Below, piece by piece: positions 19,302-29,156 of a DNA stretch of 64,000 nucleotides. The stretch comes from a virus. Its lineage: Duplodnaviria; Caudoviricetes. The stretch lies in the IMG/VR virus record IMGVR_UViG_3300032007_000001, one strand, 5' to 3'. A program made the translations under genes and the position numbers. The notes beneath the pieces are model-generated. The model had not been told where the DNA came from, did no database searches, and saw only the letters and a program-made list of their open reading frames with translations. Each line of letters opens with the position of its first letter. The first letter of the stretch is position 1.

Positions 19302-20207
19302 ATGATGTATAATTATATAAATGAAATTGATAATGATTCTATAGTAGATAGAATAATAAAAATATCAAATAATACTAATGTTCATTTGTATGATACACCA
19401 GTCACTGTTAAAATAGAGTTGACTGGTGTTTGTACTTTGGGATGCGTTTTTTGTTTTAATCAAATTATGAAGAAAAACAAAATAAGACAAAAAATGATGT
19501 CAGATAAAGAATTTGATATATGCCTTAAATATATTGGTAAAATACCAACAATAAAAGAAGTTGGATTATTTTATATGGGCGAATCGACTTTACATCCAAA
19601 ATTAGTAGAATACTATAAGAAAGTAAAAGAATTGGGATATTTTACATTTTTAACTACTAACGGAACGTATATAAAAGAATTAATAAAAGCTATCCCATAT
19701 ATAGACAGCTTAAAAGTATCTTTCAATTATATAAATGATAAAGATTTTTCAATAAAAACCGGTTTACCCAATAAGGTTTATTTTGATATAGTTGATAATA
19801 TATCAATATTAAAAAATGAATGTCATAAACAAGGCAAAAAACTATATGGTTCAACTGTGCTTGATTATAATGAACAAGACTATTTGAGTAATGAAGTTAT
19901 AAAAACTTTTGATGAACACTATTTCATTCCGTTGCAAAATCAAGGTGGACTTATAAATAAAGGAAAAGGCGGAGTTGTTGGAGAAAGTAAACATCAAGTA
20001 AAAACCATTCCATGTTGGTCTTTATTTAAGGGATTATATATAGATGTAGACTTAAATGTCAGAACATGTTGTTATGGACATACAAAAGAACATATATTAT
20101 TTAATTTAAGAGATTGTAATCGCGATTTGGAAAAATTATATAAAATCAGAAATCAACAATTATCGAAAAAAATACCAAATATTTGCAACAAATGCTTAAA
20201 AATATAA
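19302..20207 (+). CDS. Radical SAM protein with SPASM/twitch domain
   Basis: CTLGCVFC, YMGES, TTNG, PCWSLF...TCC, CNKC. Confidence 0.9.
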   Translation: MMYNYINEIDNDSIVDRIIKISNNTNVHLYDTPVTVKIELTGVCTLGCVFCFNQIMKKNKIRQKMMSDKEFDICLKYIGKIPTIKEVGLFYMGESTLHPKLVEYYKKVKELGYFTFLTTNGTYIKELIKAIPYIDSLKVSFNYINDKDFSIKTGLPNKVYFDIVDNISILKNECHKQGKKLYGSTVLDYNEQDYLSNEVIKTFDEHYFIPLQNQGGLINKGKGGVVGESKHQVKTIPCWSLFKGLYIDVDLNVRTCCYGHTKEHILFNLRDCNRDLEKLYKIRNQQLSKKIPNICNKCLKI

Positions 20208-20234
20208 GCCATGTCACCAAAATTAATAGTATTA

Positions 20235-20411
20235 GTTTATAATCAAAATGTAAATAAATGATATTTTATTATTGATATAAATTTGATTTAAAAAGCTGTA
20301 GGAGGAAACCTCATGGCAGTCGATTTAAGGCGTCTAGATGCCAATGGTCTTAATTATTATTTTAAAGAAGTTGGCTTATTATATGACCAAAAATATGTCT
20401 CTAAAGATGAA
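20235..20411 (+). repeat. Imperfect direct repeat, copy 2
   Basis: See 9295..9478. Confidence 0.9.
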
Positions 20412-20939
20412 AAAAGAGTAATCAATATTTATTTAAGTGGTAATACATTAATTATTCAATTTAGTGATGGTTCTACACAAGAAGTAGATGTAAAATATAG
20501 TGAAGCATCTAATGATGAATACGGACTTGTAAAATTATATTCCAGCGAAGGTAACAATACAGACGGCGCAATGTCGCAAAAAGCTATTACAGATTTGATA
20601 ACACAAAAAACATCTTCTGCTAGATATGGTGTTTGTTCAACAGCTGCTGAAACGGCAGCAAAAACAGTTGAATCGGCAGGACAATTTATTTTAGAAGCCG
20701 GTTCTAGAGTAACCATTAAATTTACAAATGTCAATACTGCAAATGCGCCAACATTAAATGTAAATAATACTGGTGCAAAATATATTTATGCTAATGGGCA
20801 TCAACTTACAGCAAATAGCAATTTGATAGTTGCTGGTGGCATATATGATTTTGTATATGATGGAACAAATTGGGAAATGCCAAATATTACAAATGTTCCA
20901 AAAGAATCTGGAATTATAGATTTCTATACAACTCCATAA
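20313..20939 (+). CDS. Tail fibre-like protein (same N-terminus as 9380)
   Basis: YGLVKLYSSEGNNTDGAMSQKA, YGVCSTAAETAAKTV, PTLNVNNTGAK, FVYDGTNW fibre motifs. Confidence 0.8.
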   Translation: MAVDLRRLDANGLNYYFKEVGLLYDQKYVSKDEKRVINIYLSGNTLIIQFSDGSTQEVDVKYSEASNDEYGLVKLYSSEGNNTDGAMSQKAITDLITQKTSSARYGVCSTAAETAAKTVESAGQFILEAGSRVTIKFTNVNTANAPTLNVNNTGAKYIYANGHQLTANSNLIVAGGIYDFVYDGTNWEMPNITNVPKESGIIDFYTTP

Positions 20940-20956
20940 TAAAGAAGTGATAATTA

Positions 20957-21646
20957 ATGAAATTTTTAGGCACAACCGGCTTGGAAACACTTGCAAGATT
21001 GGCAAAACGAAAATTTGTTTCTGCTGATAATTTGAATATAGTATATGTTGCTATTGAAAACTCGAATTTGTTTGTTCCAAGAAATGAAAATGTATTTGTA
21101 GATGAATTATATTTTGATGAATCACTTCCAGATGAATGGTGTTTGCATTGTATAGAAAATGGCGTAACTTCTGGAGAAACAGATTCAAACGAAAGAATTT
21201 ACACAATACAATTTAGTCCAGATATAAGCGGACAATTAACGGTATCATATATTACTCCGTTCGTTCAACATTCTTATTACTATATCAAAGGTGTAAATAC
21301 TCATTATTCGATGGGTATGTCAACGTACGTTACAAATCAAGATATGGTTATTATAAGAATGTCTGTTCCAGCAAATGTTAGTTTTGAAACTGCTAAAAAA
21401 TACTTGGTAATAAGTATTTTTAACAACGAAGATAATAACAAATTGCCAGTTGAAATAAATGAATATTATGCTATTGATAGGCCAACAATAGATAGTATAA
21501 TACACAATTTATATGTCAATTCAGATTTAGATACATCTGCTGTAAATACTGGTGATATTGATGATATTATAGCAGAAACATATACAAACGGAGATATACA
21601 AACAAATATATTATCAGATGATGATGTAGATTTGATTTTGTCATAA
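20957..21646 (+). CDS. Probable virion fibre-associated protein
   Basis: MKFLGTTGLETL N-terminus; three I/VDxII-type motifs at the C-terminus. Confidence 0.55.
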   Translation: MKFLGTTGLETLARLAKRKFVSADNLNIVYVAIENSNLFVPRNENVFVDELYFDESLPDEWCLHCIENGVTSGETDSNERIYTIQFSPDISGQLTVSYITPFVQHSYYYIKGVNTHYSMGMSTYVTNQDMVIIRMSVPANVSFETAKKYLVISIFNNEDNNKLPVEINEYYAIDRPTIDSIIHNLYVNSDLDTSAVNTGDIDDIIAETYTNGDIQTNILSDDDVDLILS

Positions 21647-21804
21647 TTCATTATTAAAACCTCCCAAATTAAAAGAGAACTTAATTGTTCTCTTTTAATT
21701 TAGTGTGTTATCAATTTTATTTATATATTGAAACATAATAACGAAACAACAAATCAATATTATGTTTTTAGATGTTGATGTTCTATTTTATGGAAGGTGA
21801 AAAA

Positions 21805-23013
21805 ATGGAAATAATCAAAAGAGATTTTTGGATTGATGAAGATGAATTATCCGAAAGAGACGAAACAGATATGATTGTCATTCATCATACTGGTGGTGCA
21901 GATATTGACCCATCAGCAGAAGATATAAACGGCTGGCATGTAAATCAAGGTTGGGTCTGCATAGGATATCATTATGTAATATGTAAAGATGGGTCGATAG
22001 AAGAAGGAAGACCGGAATGGGCTGTCGGTAGTCACGCTTACGGAGAGAACAGTCATACTATTGGTATTCATCTTGGCGGAGATTTTAGCGAAGCTATGCC
22101 AACAGATGAGCAAATTGAGTCTTGTGCAGAACTGATTGCTCATTTATGCAAAAAATATGATATAGAAATTAATAGAGATAATATTGTTGGACATAGGGAT
22201 TTAATGTCAACTGATTGTCCTGGTGATAATTTATATGATTTAATTCCAACAATCATTCAAAAAGCAAATTGGTATAGTGGAGAAGATATTAAAGAAACAA
22301 ATGATGTTGCTGAAGCTATTGAAAAATCTCAAATCAACGTTGATGATATTGCCATTCTTACAAGAAAATACGAATCTTCAGGTAATCCAGCAACCGTTTC
22401 AACTGGTTACGGTGACCTTGGCGGTATTAGTTATGGAACATATCAATTTGCAAGCAATCTTGGGATAGTGGATAAGTTTGTAAATTGGCTTTGCAATTAT
22501 CCGGATGATGATTTTGCAAATTATGGTAGAGTATTAAAAGAACATAACGTTAATAGTGAAGAATTCATTAGTCAATGGAAAGAGCTTGGAGAAGTAGACC
22601 CTGGAAATTTTGGAATGTTGCAGGATGAATACGTTAAAAGCGTATATTTTGACAATGCAATAAATAGACTAAGAAATAATGGCTTAAATATTGAAAAACA
22701 TTCCAAGGCTTTAATGAACGTTGTAATGAGTCGCGCAATTCAAAATGGCGTTGGCGGATGTAATGAATTGTTTGCTATTGTATGCAATCAAATGGGACAC
22801 CCAAATCTTTCTTATATAGATGATGCTTATTTTGATAGAGAAATAATTGAAAAAATTTATGATTTCTTAATTGAAGAATGCGACAACGCGCAAGAAGACG
22901 ATAATGGAATTTATCGTTCGCCAAACGGGTTCTGCAATGGTTCACAAGGTGTAATTAATGGATTAAAGAATAGATTCATTAATGAAAAACAAGATGCAAT
23001 TGATTTATTGTAA
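21805..23013 (+). CDS. Endolysin: amidase_2 (T7 lysozyme-like) plus lysozyme-like second domain
   Basis: IVIHHT, IGYHYVI, GSHAYGEN, VGHRD..TDCPG; then KYES...GDLGGISYGTYQFAS. Confidence 0.85.
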   Translation: MEIIKRDFWIDEDELSERDETDMIVIHHTGGADIDPSAEDINGWHVNQGWVCIGYHYVICKDGSIEEGRPEWAVGSHAYGENSHTIGIHLGGDFSEAMPTDEQIESCAELIAHLCKKYDIEINRDNIVGHRDLMSTDCPGDNLYDLIPTIIQKANWYSGEDIKETNDVAEAIEKSQINVDDIAILTRKYESSGNPATVSTGYGDLGGISYGTYQFASNLGIVDKFVNWLCNYPDDDFANYGRVLKEHNVNSEEFISQWKELGEVDPGNFGMLQDEYVKSVYFDNAINRLRNNGLNIEKHSKALMNVVMSRAIQNGVGGCNELFAIVCNQMGHPNLSYIDDAYFDREIIEKIYDFLIEECDNAQEDDNGIYRSPNGFCNGSQGVINGLKNRFINEKQDAIDLL

Positions 23014-23016
23014 AAC

Positions 23017-23046
23017 AAAAAGGTAGGATTTGTTCCTACCTTTTTT
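23017..23046 (+). terminator. Intrinsic terminator
   Basis: AGGTAGGA-TTTGT-TCCTACCT followed by a T-run. Confidence 0.75.
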
Positions 23047-23047
23047 A

Positions 23048-23076
23048 TTTACAAATATTGAAAAACAATGTATAAT
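23048..23076 (+). promoter_or_regulatory. Sigma-A-like promoter TTTACA-17-TATAAT
   Basis: Consensus match. Confidence 0.65.
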
Positions 23077-23095
23077 GTGTTCGGAGGCGACTAAC

Positions 23096-23584
23096 ATGAC
23101 ATATGACTCAGAAATAACAAGACGCAGAAATAGAGTAAATATAGATATTCTTGATAAAAAAACTGGATTAATTATATTTCGTCACAATGTATCAAAAGAA
23201 GCATTTGAAAAACACGAAAATGAAATTTTTGATACATTAAATAAAACGTTGGAAAAAAGAGAATTTTTAATTAATTCTTTAGAAAAAAAAGGTTTCAAAC
23301 GTGTAAGAAAAAATACGTATGAAATGAAAACAAAAATAAATAACAATAAATATAAAATCAATCAAAAAACAAGAATATGTTTGACAGTTATCAATCATGT
23401 AAGAAAAAAGACATCAATAAATCAGCAATATGATTATATGTTTGTTCAATTTTTGTTTGACGAAAACGTTTTATATAAAAAGACATATATATTCAAGGTA
23501 TCAGAAGAAGATATTTTAATAATGAATGAAAACGATTTATTTGAAAAATATCTTGAGATAGAAAAAATAAAAACCGGATTATGA
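23096..23584 (+). CDS. Hypothetical protein, G-Phi family (ends TGL)
   Basis: GGAGG RBS fixes the start at 23096. Confidence 0.65.
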   Translation: MTYDSEITRRRNRVNIDILDKKTGLIIFRHNVSKEAFEKHENEIFDTLNKTLEKREFLINSLEKKGFKRVRKNTYEMKTKINNNKYKINQKTRICLTVINHVRKKTSINQQYDYMFVQFLFDENVLYKKTYIFKVSEEDILIMNENDLFEKYLEIEKIKTGL

Positions 23585-23595
23585 AAGTGACTCGT

Positions 23596-24582
23596 TCATT
23601 TGAGTCCCTTTTTTGATTTTTCGTACATATATAAATCTGGTCTAAATGGTCGATTGAATATTGGATATTCTTCATATAATTGATTACATATCTTACATTC
23701 ATCACAATGAAATTTATCACAATATAAAAGAGAATCTGGAATTACAGATGTATTTACGTCATAAATATTTTTATTTGCTGGGTCTATAAATAATTCGCTT
23801 AATTTGCAATCTTTTCTAGACGCATATATGTCAATAGGATGAAATATGCTTGAAATGTATTTTCTTGAACGAGTATTTAATTTATAAATATCTACATATT
23901 CATCTAAAATATTTAGCCATCTTGGCAAAACATAACATCTTTTCAAAATTTCGTTATTGTTAAGACAATTTCTTTTTGAGTAATTACATCCGCACGTCGA
24001 ATAATTTGTACATGTTATTGAACATGTTTCGTTAATTAACAATCTTATTTTGAATCCATTTTCTTTAAGCACTTTAAGAAATGGGATATTTCTGGCTGCG
24101 TCTCTTGGTGGATTTATATAATTGAATCCTTCATCATACCATTGTTTATAATGATTTAAGTTATAGTACGGTAAATTACAACTTGTAACTATTTCCAATT
24201 CCGGATAACGTTTTTTTATTGTTTTTGCAATTGTAAAATTTGTGGTTGCCATTCCATACAAATTATATTTTTCTATAGCGTTTGAAATTTTTTCAATAAT
24301 TTCTTGTAGTTCATTGTTGGTATATTTTATATAATAATCAATATCGTTACATAAAATTGTTATTCTTAAATCAGAATTTTTCGATTCTTCTAAAAAATTA
24401 ATGCAGTTTGTCTTATAATTTTCATGTTTTTGGTCATTACAGATTGTCATGAATGTATCTATTCCTGGACATTCTGTAAAAATATCGTGAATTAAGTTTT
24501 TTCTTTTTTCAGCTTCGTATAAAAAATCATTTATTTTATTTGTACCATTAAATCCTATAGCAAATTGTTTCATTGACTTCAT
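23596..24582 (-). CDS. U32-family protein
   Basis: IVTSC, PPRDAARN, LLINETCSITC, IYKLNTR, CDKFHCDECKIC; paralogue of 33453. Confidence 0.75.
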   Translation of the reverse strand: MKSMKQFAIGFNGTNKINDFLYEAEKRKNLIHDIFTECPGIDTFMTICNDQKHENYKTNCINFLEESKNSDLRITILCNDIDYYIKYTNNELQEIIEKISNAIEKYNLYGMATTNFTIAKTIKKRYPELEIVTSCNLPYYNLNHYKQWYDEGFNYINPPRDAARNIPFLKVLKENGFKIRLLINETCSITCTNYSTCGCNYSKRNCLNNNEILKRCYVLPRWLNILDEYVDIYKLNTRSRKYISSIFHPIDIYASRKDCKLSELFIDPANKNIYDVNTSVIPDSLLYCDKFHCDECKICNQLYEEYPIFNRPFRPDLYMYEKSKKGLK

Positions 24583-24627
24583 CCTTTATATTCTTTGATT
24601 TATTCTATAAAAAATGAGGAGTGATTT

Positions 24628-25899
24628 TCACTCCTCATCAATGTTTTTTATGCCAAATGAATTAAAAAATGATATGTAGTTGTTTGTGCCGATTATTTCT
24701 GACAATTTCATATATTGCGGTGATTGAGTATTTTCGTATTTTTTCAATATATGAAAAGATTGACCATTGAATTTGCTAAACATAAAACGTTTCAATTCAT
24801 TTGGTACACTTTTATTGACTGCAATTGCGAACGTTTTTCTATCATTTTTAGGCATTTTTTCATACCATTCGTCAATCGCTTTTTGTGTATCGCGAACATA
24901 CTTATACACAATGTCAGCAACCTTTCTAATATTTTCTCTATATGCTTCTGGTACTTTTGATATAATATCATCAAAATAATCGTCTGCTATGGACTTCATT
25001 ATAATATTTGGTGCTGACACGAAAGAGAGAATTCTATGAACTTCTCTATATTCGTTGCATTTCATCTTATACATATTGCCGTCTACATATAATACCCAAC
25101 CTTCTTTTTCTTCGGCGTGGTAATTATCAATTGAATTTATGACTTCGTTAAACGTTCTATTTTCAACTTCTGTATGAGGAACGTTATATTTGTTTGCATA
25201 TTCAACCATTTCATTATATGTAAATTGTCTTCCAGTATATACATCTCTAATACCAATCAAACAAAGTTTTGTTTCGTTGTACTTAACAACTATTAAATTA
25301 TTTGGAGATATATATTCGAAAATGAAAGTTAGATTTGGATTTTCTTTTACCATATTTTGGTGATTAACGCTAGAATTAAAGATATCCAATCCGTCTTTTA
25401 GTTGTTGACTTTCTTTTGGGTCAATGGCTGAAGAACCAGTATAAAAAAATTGATTATTATACCAACGAGCTTGTTGCATGGACCCATCCAATTTATTTGA
25501 TATTTCAACCGTTTTTGCACATTTAATGTTATTGATTACATTTTCCATGCTCGTTTCTGGAATTTCATTTACATTAAAAAACTTTTTAAATGGACACAAT
25601 ACAATATTTTCGTTCTTTATATCAATAACCAAACTACGTAATTCACGATAAATGGAATTCGGATTTTCATATAAATCCGGTTGTTCTTTTCCGATAAGCG
25701 AATATTTAATTAAAGCAATGGAAGGAAACATTTCGTCATTTTGCGTAATCTTAACGCAATTGACAAAATGATTATATTCATCTTTATTCAATTGATGAAT
25801 CATATTCTTAAGATTATAAATTTCTTTTTCACCGAATGTATTGATATAATCTTTTTTTATTTTCATTATGAAATTGAATCCAATATTCCATTCAAACAC
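24628..25899 (-). CDS. RNA ligase, T4 Rnl1-like
   Basis: KFFNVNE, KLDGS (motif I), FEYISPNNLIVVKY, EGWV, KMK; GTG start after GAGGTG. Confidence 0.85.
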   Translation of the reverse strand: MFEWNIGFNFIMKIKKDYINTFGEKEIYNLKNMIHQLNKDEYNHFVNCVKITQNDEMFPSIALIKYSLIGKEQPDLYENPNSIYRELRSLVIDIKNENIVLCPFKKFFNVNEIPETSMENVINNIKCAKTVEISNKLDGSMQQARWYNNQFFYTGSSAIDPKESQQLKDGLDIFNSSVNHQNMVKENPNLTFIFEYISPNNLIVVKYNETKLCLIGIRDVYTGRQFTYNEMVEYANKYNVPHTEVENRTFNEVINSIDNYHAEEKEGWVLYVDGNMYKMKCNEYREVHRILSFVSAPNIIMKSIADDYFDDIISKVPEAYRENIRKVADIVYKYVRDTQKAIDEWYEKMPKNDRKTFAIAVNKSVPNELKRFMFSKFNGQSFHILKKYENTQSPQYMKLSEIIGTNNYISFFNSFGIKNIDEE

Positions 25900-25917
25900 G
25901 TTTTTCACCTCAATGTA

Positions 25918-25946
25918 ATTATACCACAAATGAAATCATGTGTAAA
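25918..25946 (-). promoter_or_regulatory. Sigma-A-like promoter TTTACA-17-TATAAT (extended TG)
   Basis: Consensus match upstream of the ligase. Confidence 0.65.
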
Positions 25947-25963
25947 TAAAAAAGAGAAGGTTT

Positions 25964-27124
25964 TTAAGCCTTCTCTTTGTTCATTTGAAAACCGAGCAAT
26001 GTTATTAGAAATCCAATTACTGTAAATCTAAAATCAAATGTTAAAAAATATCCAATTGGACAAATTGTACATGAAAGTAGCGTTACATAAAATAATCTTT
26101 TTTCATTAAATTTATTAAAAATAATCATTAAACTTGGCAAAACAATACATGCTCTTATTGTATTGTAAGATAAAAATGCTTGAGTAATATTAAAAATATC
26201 AAATAAGAATACAAAACATGCAAATGATAATGCTATTACCATTATAATTCTCGAAATGTTATCACTAAACTTAAATTCATTTTTTGCAAAACTCGCTATA
26301 GAAATTAAATTACTATCCAATGTAGATACCAATGCACAAAGAATAGCTACCAACATAACATGTTGTAATACGCCAGTATAATTATGCATTCCTAAAAATC
26401 CAACATATCCAAACATTAATGGTATTAACATAAATAAAAATGATGCTAACCCAAATGTTTTTACCAAATTTTCAGGTTGTATACTCCATGCGCGTTGCCA
26501 CATTGTTGAATCACTATATGGAGACGAAAGCAATCCCATTCCAGCTGTTATCCCAAACGTCATCCAAATTTCCATTGTTGATAATCCTTTATGACCAACC
26601 CAAGAAATATTTGCTAACGTTTCTGAATTTGTAGATGCAATACAAATTACAGCGGCACAAATAAATAAAATAATATATTTATATGAATCTGTAATAATAC
26701 TTGCTTTTAATCCATTTCTCCATACTAATAAAAGTGCTATTAATGAAATAAAGATACAATTGAAATATTTGTTTGGAATTAAATATTCCAATGCCGTACT
26801 AATTCCAACAATTTGAACGCATACAGACATTAATAAAATTACACAACTTACAAACAAATGAATTTTTTGTTGTCTTTGTGATGCATTTTTGAATCCGTCT
26901 ATTAATGTATATCCTTCTTTTGATTCTCTTATTCGTTTAATAACCAAACTAAATAAAAACATTGTCAATGTATTTGGAATTAAGAACATTAAAAATCCAG
27001 CAATACCATTATTATATGCCTGTGCACTAGAAATTAAAAGCGCTGGCGCCCAAATCCAAGTTGCAGCTAGACTTGATGCATATTGAAATAAATTACCGTC
27101 ATACCATCTGTAATAATTATTCAT
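25964..27124 (-). CDS. Sodium:solute symporter-like membrane transporter
   Basis: About 12 hydrophobic segments; SLAATWIWAPALLISSAQAY..G, GLKASIITD, WQRAWS, STLDS. Confidence 0.75.
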   Translation of the reverse strand: MNNYYRWYDGNLFQYASSLAATWIWAPALLISSAQAYNNGIAGFLMFLIPNTLTMFLFSLVIKRIRESKEGYTLIDGFKNASQRQQKIHLFVSCVILLMSVCVQIVGISTALEYLIPNKYFNCIFISLIALLLVWRNGLKASIITDSYKYIILFICAAVICIASTNSETLANISWVGHKGLSTMEIWMTFGITAGMGLLSSPYSDSTMWQRAWSIQPENLVKTFGLASFLFMLIPLMFGYVGFLGMHNYTGVLQHVMLVAILCALVSTLDSNLISIASFAKNEFKFSDNISRIIMVIALSFACFVFLFDIFNITQAFLSYNTIRACIVLPSLMIIFNKFNEKRLFYVTLLSCTICPIGYFLTFDFRFTVIGFLITLLGFQMNKEKA

Positions 27125-28154
27125 TATTATTTTCCTTTTCTAAATCAATTTTTTCAAAATTAATATTATATAAACTAATTCCATCTGTTGCTACTATAAA
27201 TTTTTCATTGATTTGATTTTGATAATCTGATGGCGTAATATTATGAAAAGAAAACCCTTTTCCATAATTATCAAATTCATCCTTGAATACTTTTCTTAAA
27301 ACTTGCTTAAATTGTGGTTTGTATTTTTTATTATCCCATGATTCTCTTTTATGAAGAATATAATCTAAATTATTTAATGACCAATCTGTAAAATTTTGTG
27401 TTGTAAAAAATGGTTTATGTACTTTTGGTGGTAATTGATGATACATAAATATGCTGGATGTTTCCCAATCTGTCCATCTTACAGCAAAATTAAAAAACCA
27501 AGAAAGTTGTTGTAATGTTTTAATTTGGTCGCCAAAATTAAAATGTGATAACCATTCTTTCAATTTTTCATTTGTTGCCAATGTAAAAAAATTTTCATAT
27601 TGTTCGTCTAAATCGTTGAAGTTCTTTTCAGATGACATTACGCCATGGTCTATTTGGTCTCCACAATGACCATTTACTATGACATAATTTTCATTTTTCG
27701 TTGTATTAGCAAGAATGGCATCCGAAAAACCAGTTACATCTTCATCGAAAAATAATGTTTTTATATTATTTTTTTCAATCCATGGTAAAAGGATTTCTTT
27801 GTTTTCTAGAAATTTTTTGTCAGTAGCAATAATACATTTATCTATATTCCCAGTTAAATAAAAAGATGCGGCTATTGTTGATGAATCAATACCACCAGAA
27901 ACACATATGAAAATTTTATCATATTTTTTTGAAATTTCATTTGCTCTATCTATACAAATTTCTTCAAAAGATTTTTTACATTTTGCATTTAAGTTATATT
28001 TATAATCAATGATATCTTTATACAATATTAAATCTAATTTATTAAATCTATCATATGTGTCAACTTGACATTCAAACATATTAAGAGGTCTTTTAAATGA
28101 CATCCCTCTTAATTTATATAAACAAAAATTTCTAAAACCAGTAAGTTTATTCAT
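27117..28154 (-). CDS. AsnB C-terminal/PP-loop ATP-pyrophosphatase-like protein
   Basis: VSGGIDSS, NGHCGDQI, KPFF. Confidence 0.7.
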   Translation of the reverse strand: MNKLTGFRNFCLYKLRGMSFKRPLNMFECQVDTYDRFNKLDLILYKDIIDYKYNLNAKCKKSFEEICIDRANEISKKYDKIFICVSGGIDSSTIAASFYLTGNIDKCIIATDKKFLENKEILLPWIEKNNIKTLFFDEDVTGFSDAILANTTKNENYVIVNGHCGDQIDHGVMSSEKNFNDLDEQYENFFTLATNEKLKEWLSHFNFGDQIKTLQQLSWFFNFAVRWTDWETSSIFMYHQLPPKVHKPFFTTQNFTDWSLNNLDYILHKRESWDNKKYKPQFKQVLRKVFKDEFDNYGKGFSFHNITPSDYQNQINEKFIVATDGISLYNINFEKIDLEKENNNE

Positions 28155-28294
28155 TGCTGTTTTTCCTTTCTTTTTGAATTATAAAACATAATATCAAAAA
28201 ACATAAAAAATTAAAAATGATTCATTAAAATATTAAAATTTACAATAATTAAATTTCATTTCTATATTTATTCTTTTTTATTTTAAGTAATTTT

Positions 28295-28665
28295 TTAATT
28301 TTCTTTTCTCACAATAACAGATACTTGAATAATTCCTTTATATGCTATGGTCGTTTCTTCATTATTATCAATAATATTATTATCTTTTTCAAATTTGTTT
28401 TTATCTAATTTTGATGTATTTATAAATAATACAAATATACCAGAATCATATATATCATCGGTTACACTATCAGCAACTTCACAGAAATCTATAGCTCTAT
28501 CTTATCTGTTTCTAAATAAACACAATTATTATTTGCCATACTTTCCTAATTAGAATGTTTTCCTGGGATGATTCCTTCTGACATAATTGAATCAATATAT
28601 GCATTATATGTTGCATGATATAAAATTTTTGGTATTTCAACATTTGATTTTTTTAATCTTTTCAT
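28295..28665 (-). pseudogene. Disrupted ADP-ribosyltransferase/Tpt1(KptA)-like gene
   Basis: MKRLKKS...LYHATY...DSIMSEGIIPG; in-frame TAG at 28546-28548, then VYL, then a frameshift near 28500. Confidence 0.55.
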
Positions 28666-28736
28666 TTTTTCTCTCTATAAATCATTAAATCTTAAATAAA
28701 ATAAAAAAAGAATATATATATTTTATTATCAGGACG

Positions 28737-28937
28737 GTGATTCATTTGGGAAATTTTGATAATAATTCATTTCATAACGAAATTAAAAAAATGAAAGAAC
28801 AAAACTCTCTTATAAGAGAAGATATAAACGATTTGATATTAATGAGTAAAGAAGAAGCATTGGAATTGCTTGAAAATATAAAAACAAATCTAAAAACAAT
28901 TCATCAAAATATTAAAAGCATGAAACAGGAGGATTGA
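28737..28937 (+). CDS. Small hypothetical protein
   Basis: ORF; first gene of the rSAM mini-operon. Confidence 0.5.
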   Translation: MIHLGNFDNNSFHNEIKKMKEQNSLIREDINDLILMSKEEALELLENIKTNLKTIHQNIKSMKQED

Positions 28938-28940
28938 AAG

Positions 28941-29141
28941 ATGAATTTAGAAGACGATAAAAATTATAATTTAGTACTTACATATAATCGTTTTTTTTCT
29001 AATCAATGCGATTTAGCATTATCATACAATTCTCCTGATGATGATAAAAATATAAACGATTTGTTAACAAAAATGGAACATTTATGTGGATATTGTATGG
29101 ATGAAATTGACAATTTGATAAAAATAGTAAAGAATGATTAA
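28941..29141 (+). CDS. Small hypothetical protein
   Basis: GGAGG RBS. Confidence 0.6.
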   Translation: MNLEDDKNYNLVLTYNRFFSNQCDLALSYNSPDDDKNINDLLTKMEHLCGYCMDEIDNLIKIVKND

Positions 29142-29156
29142 AGAAAGGAAATATAG

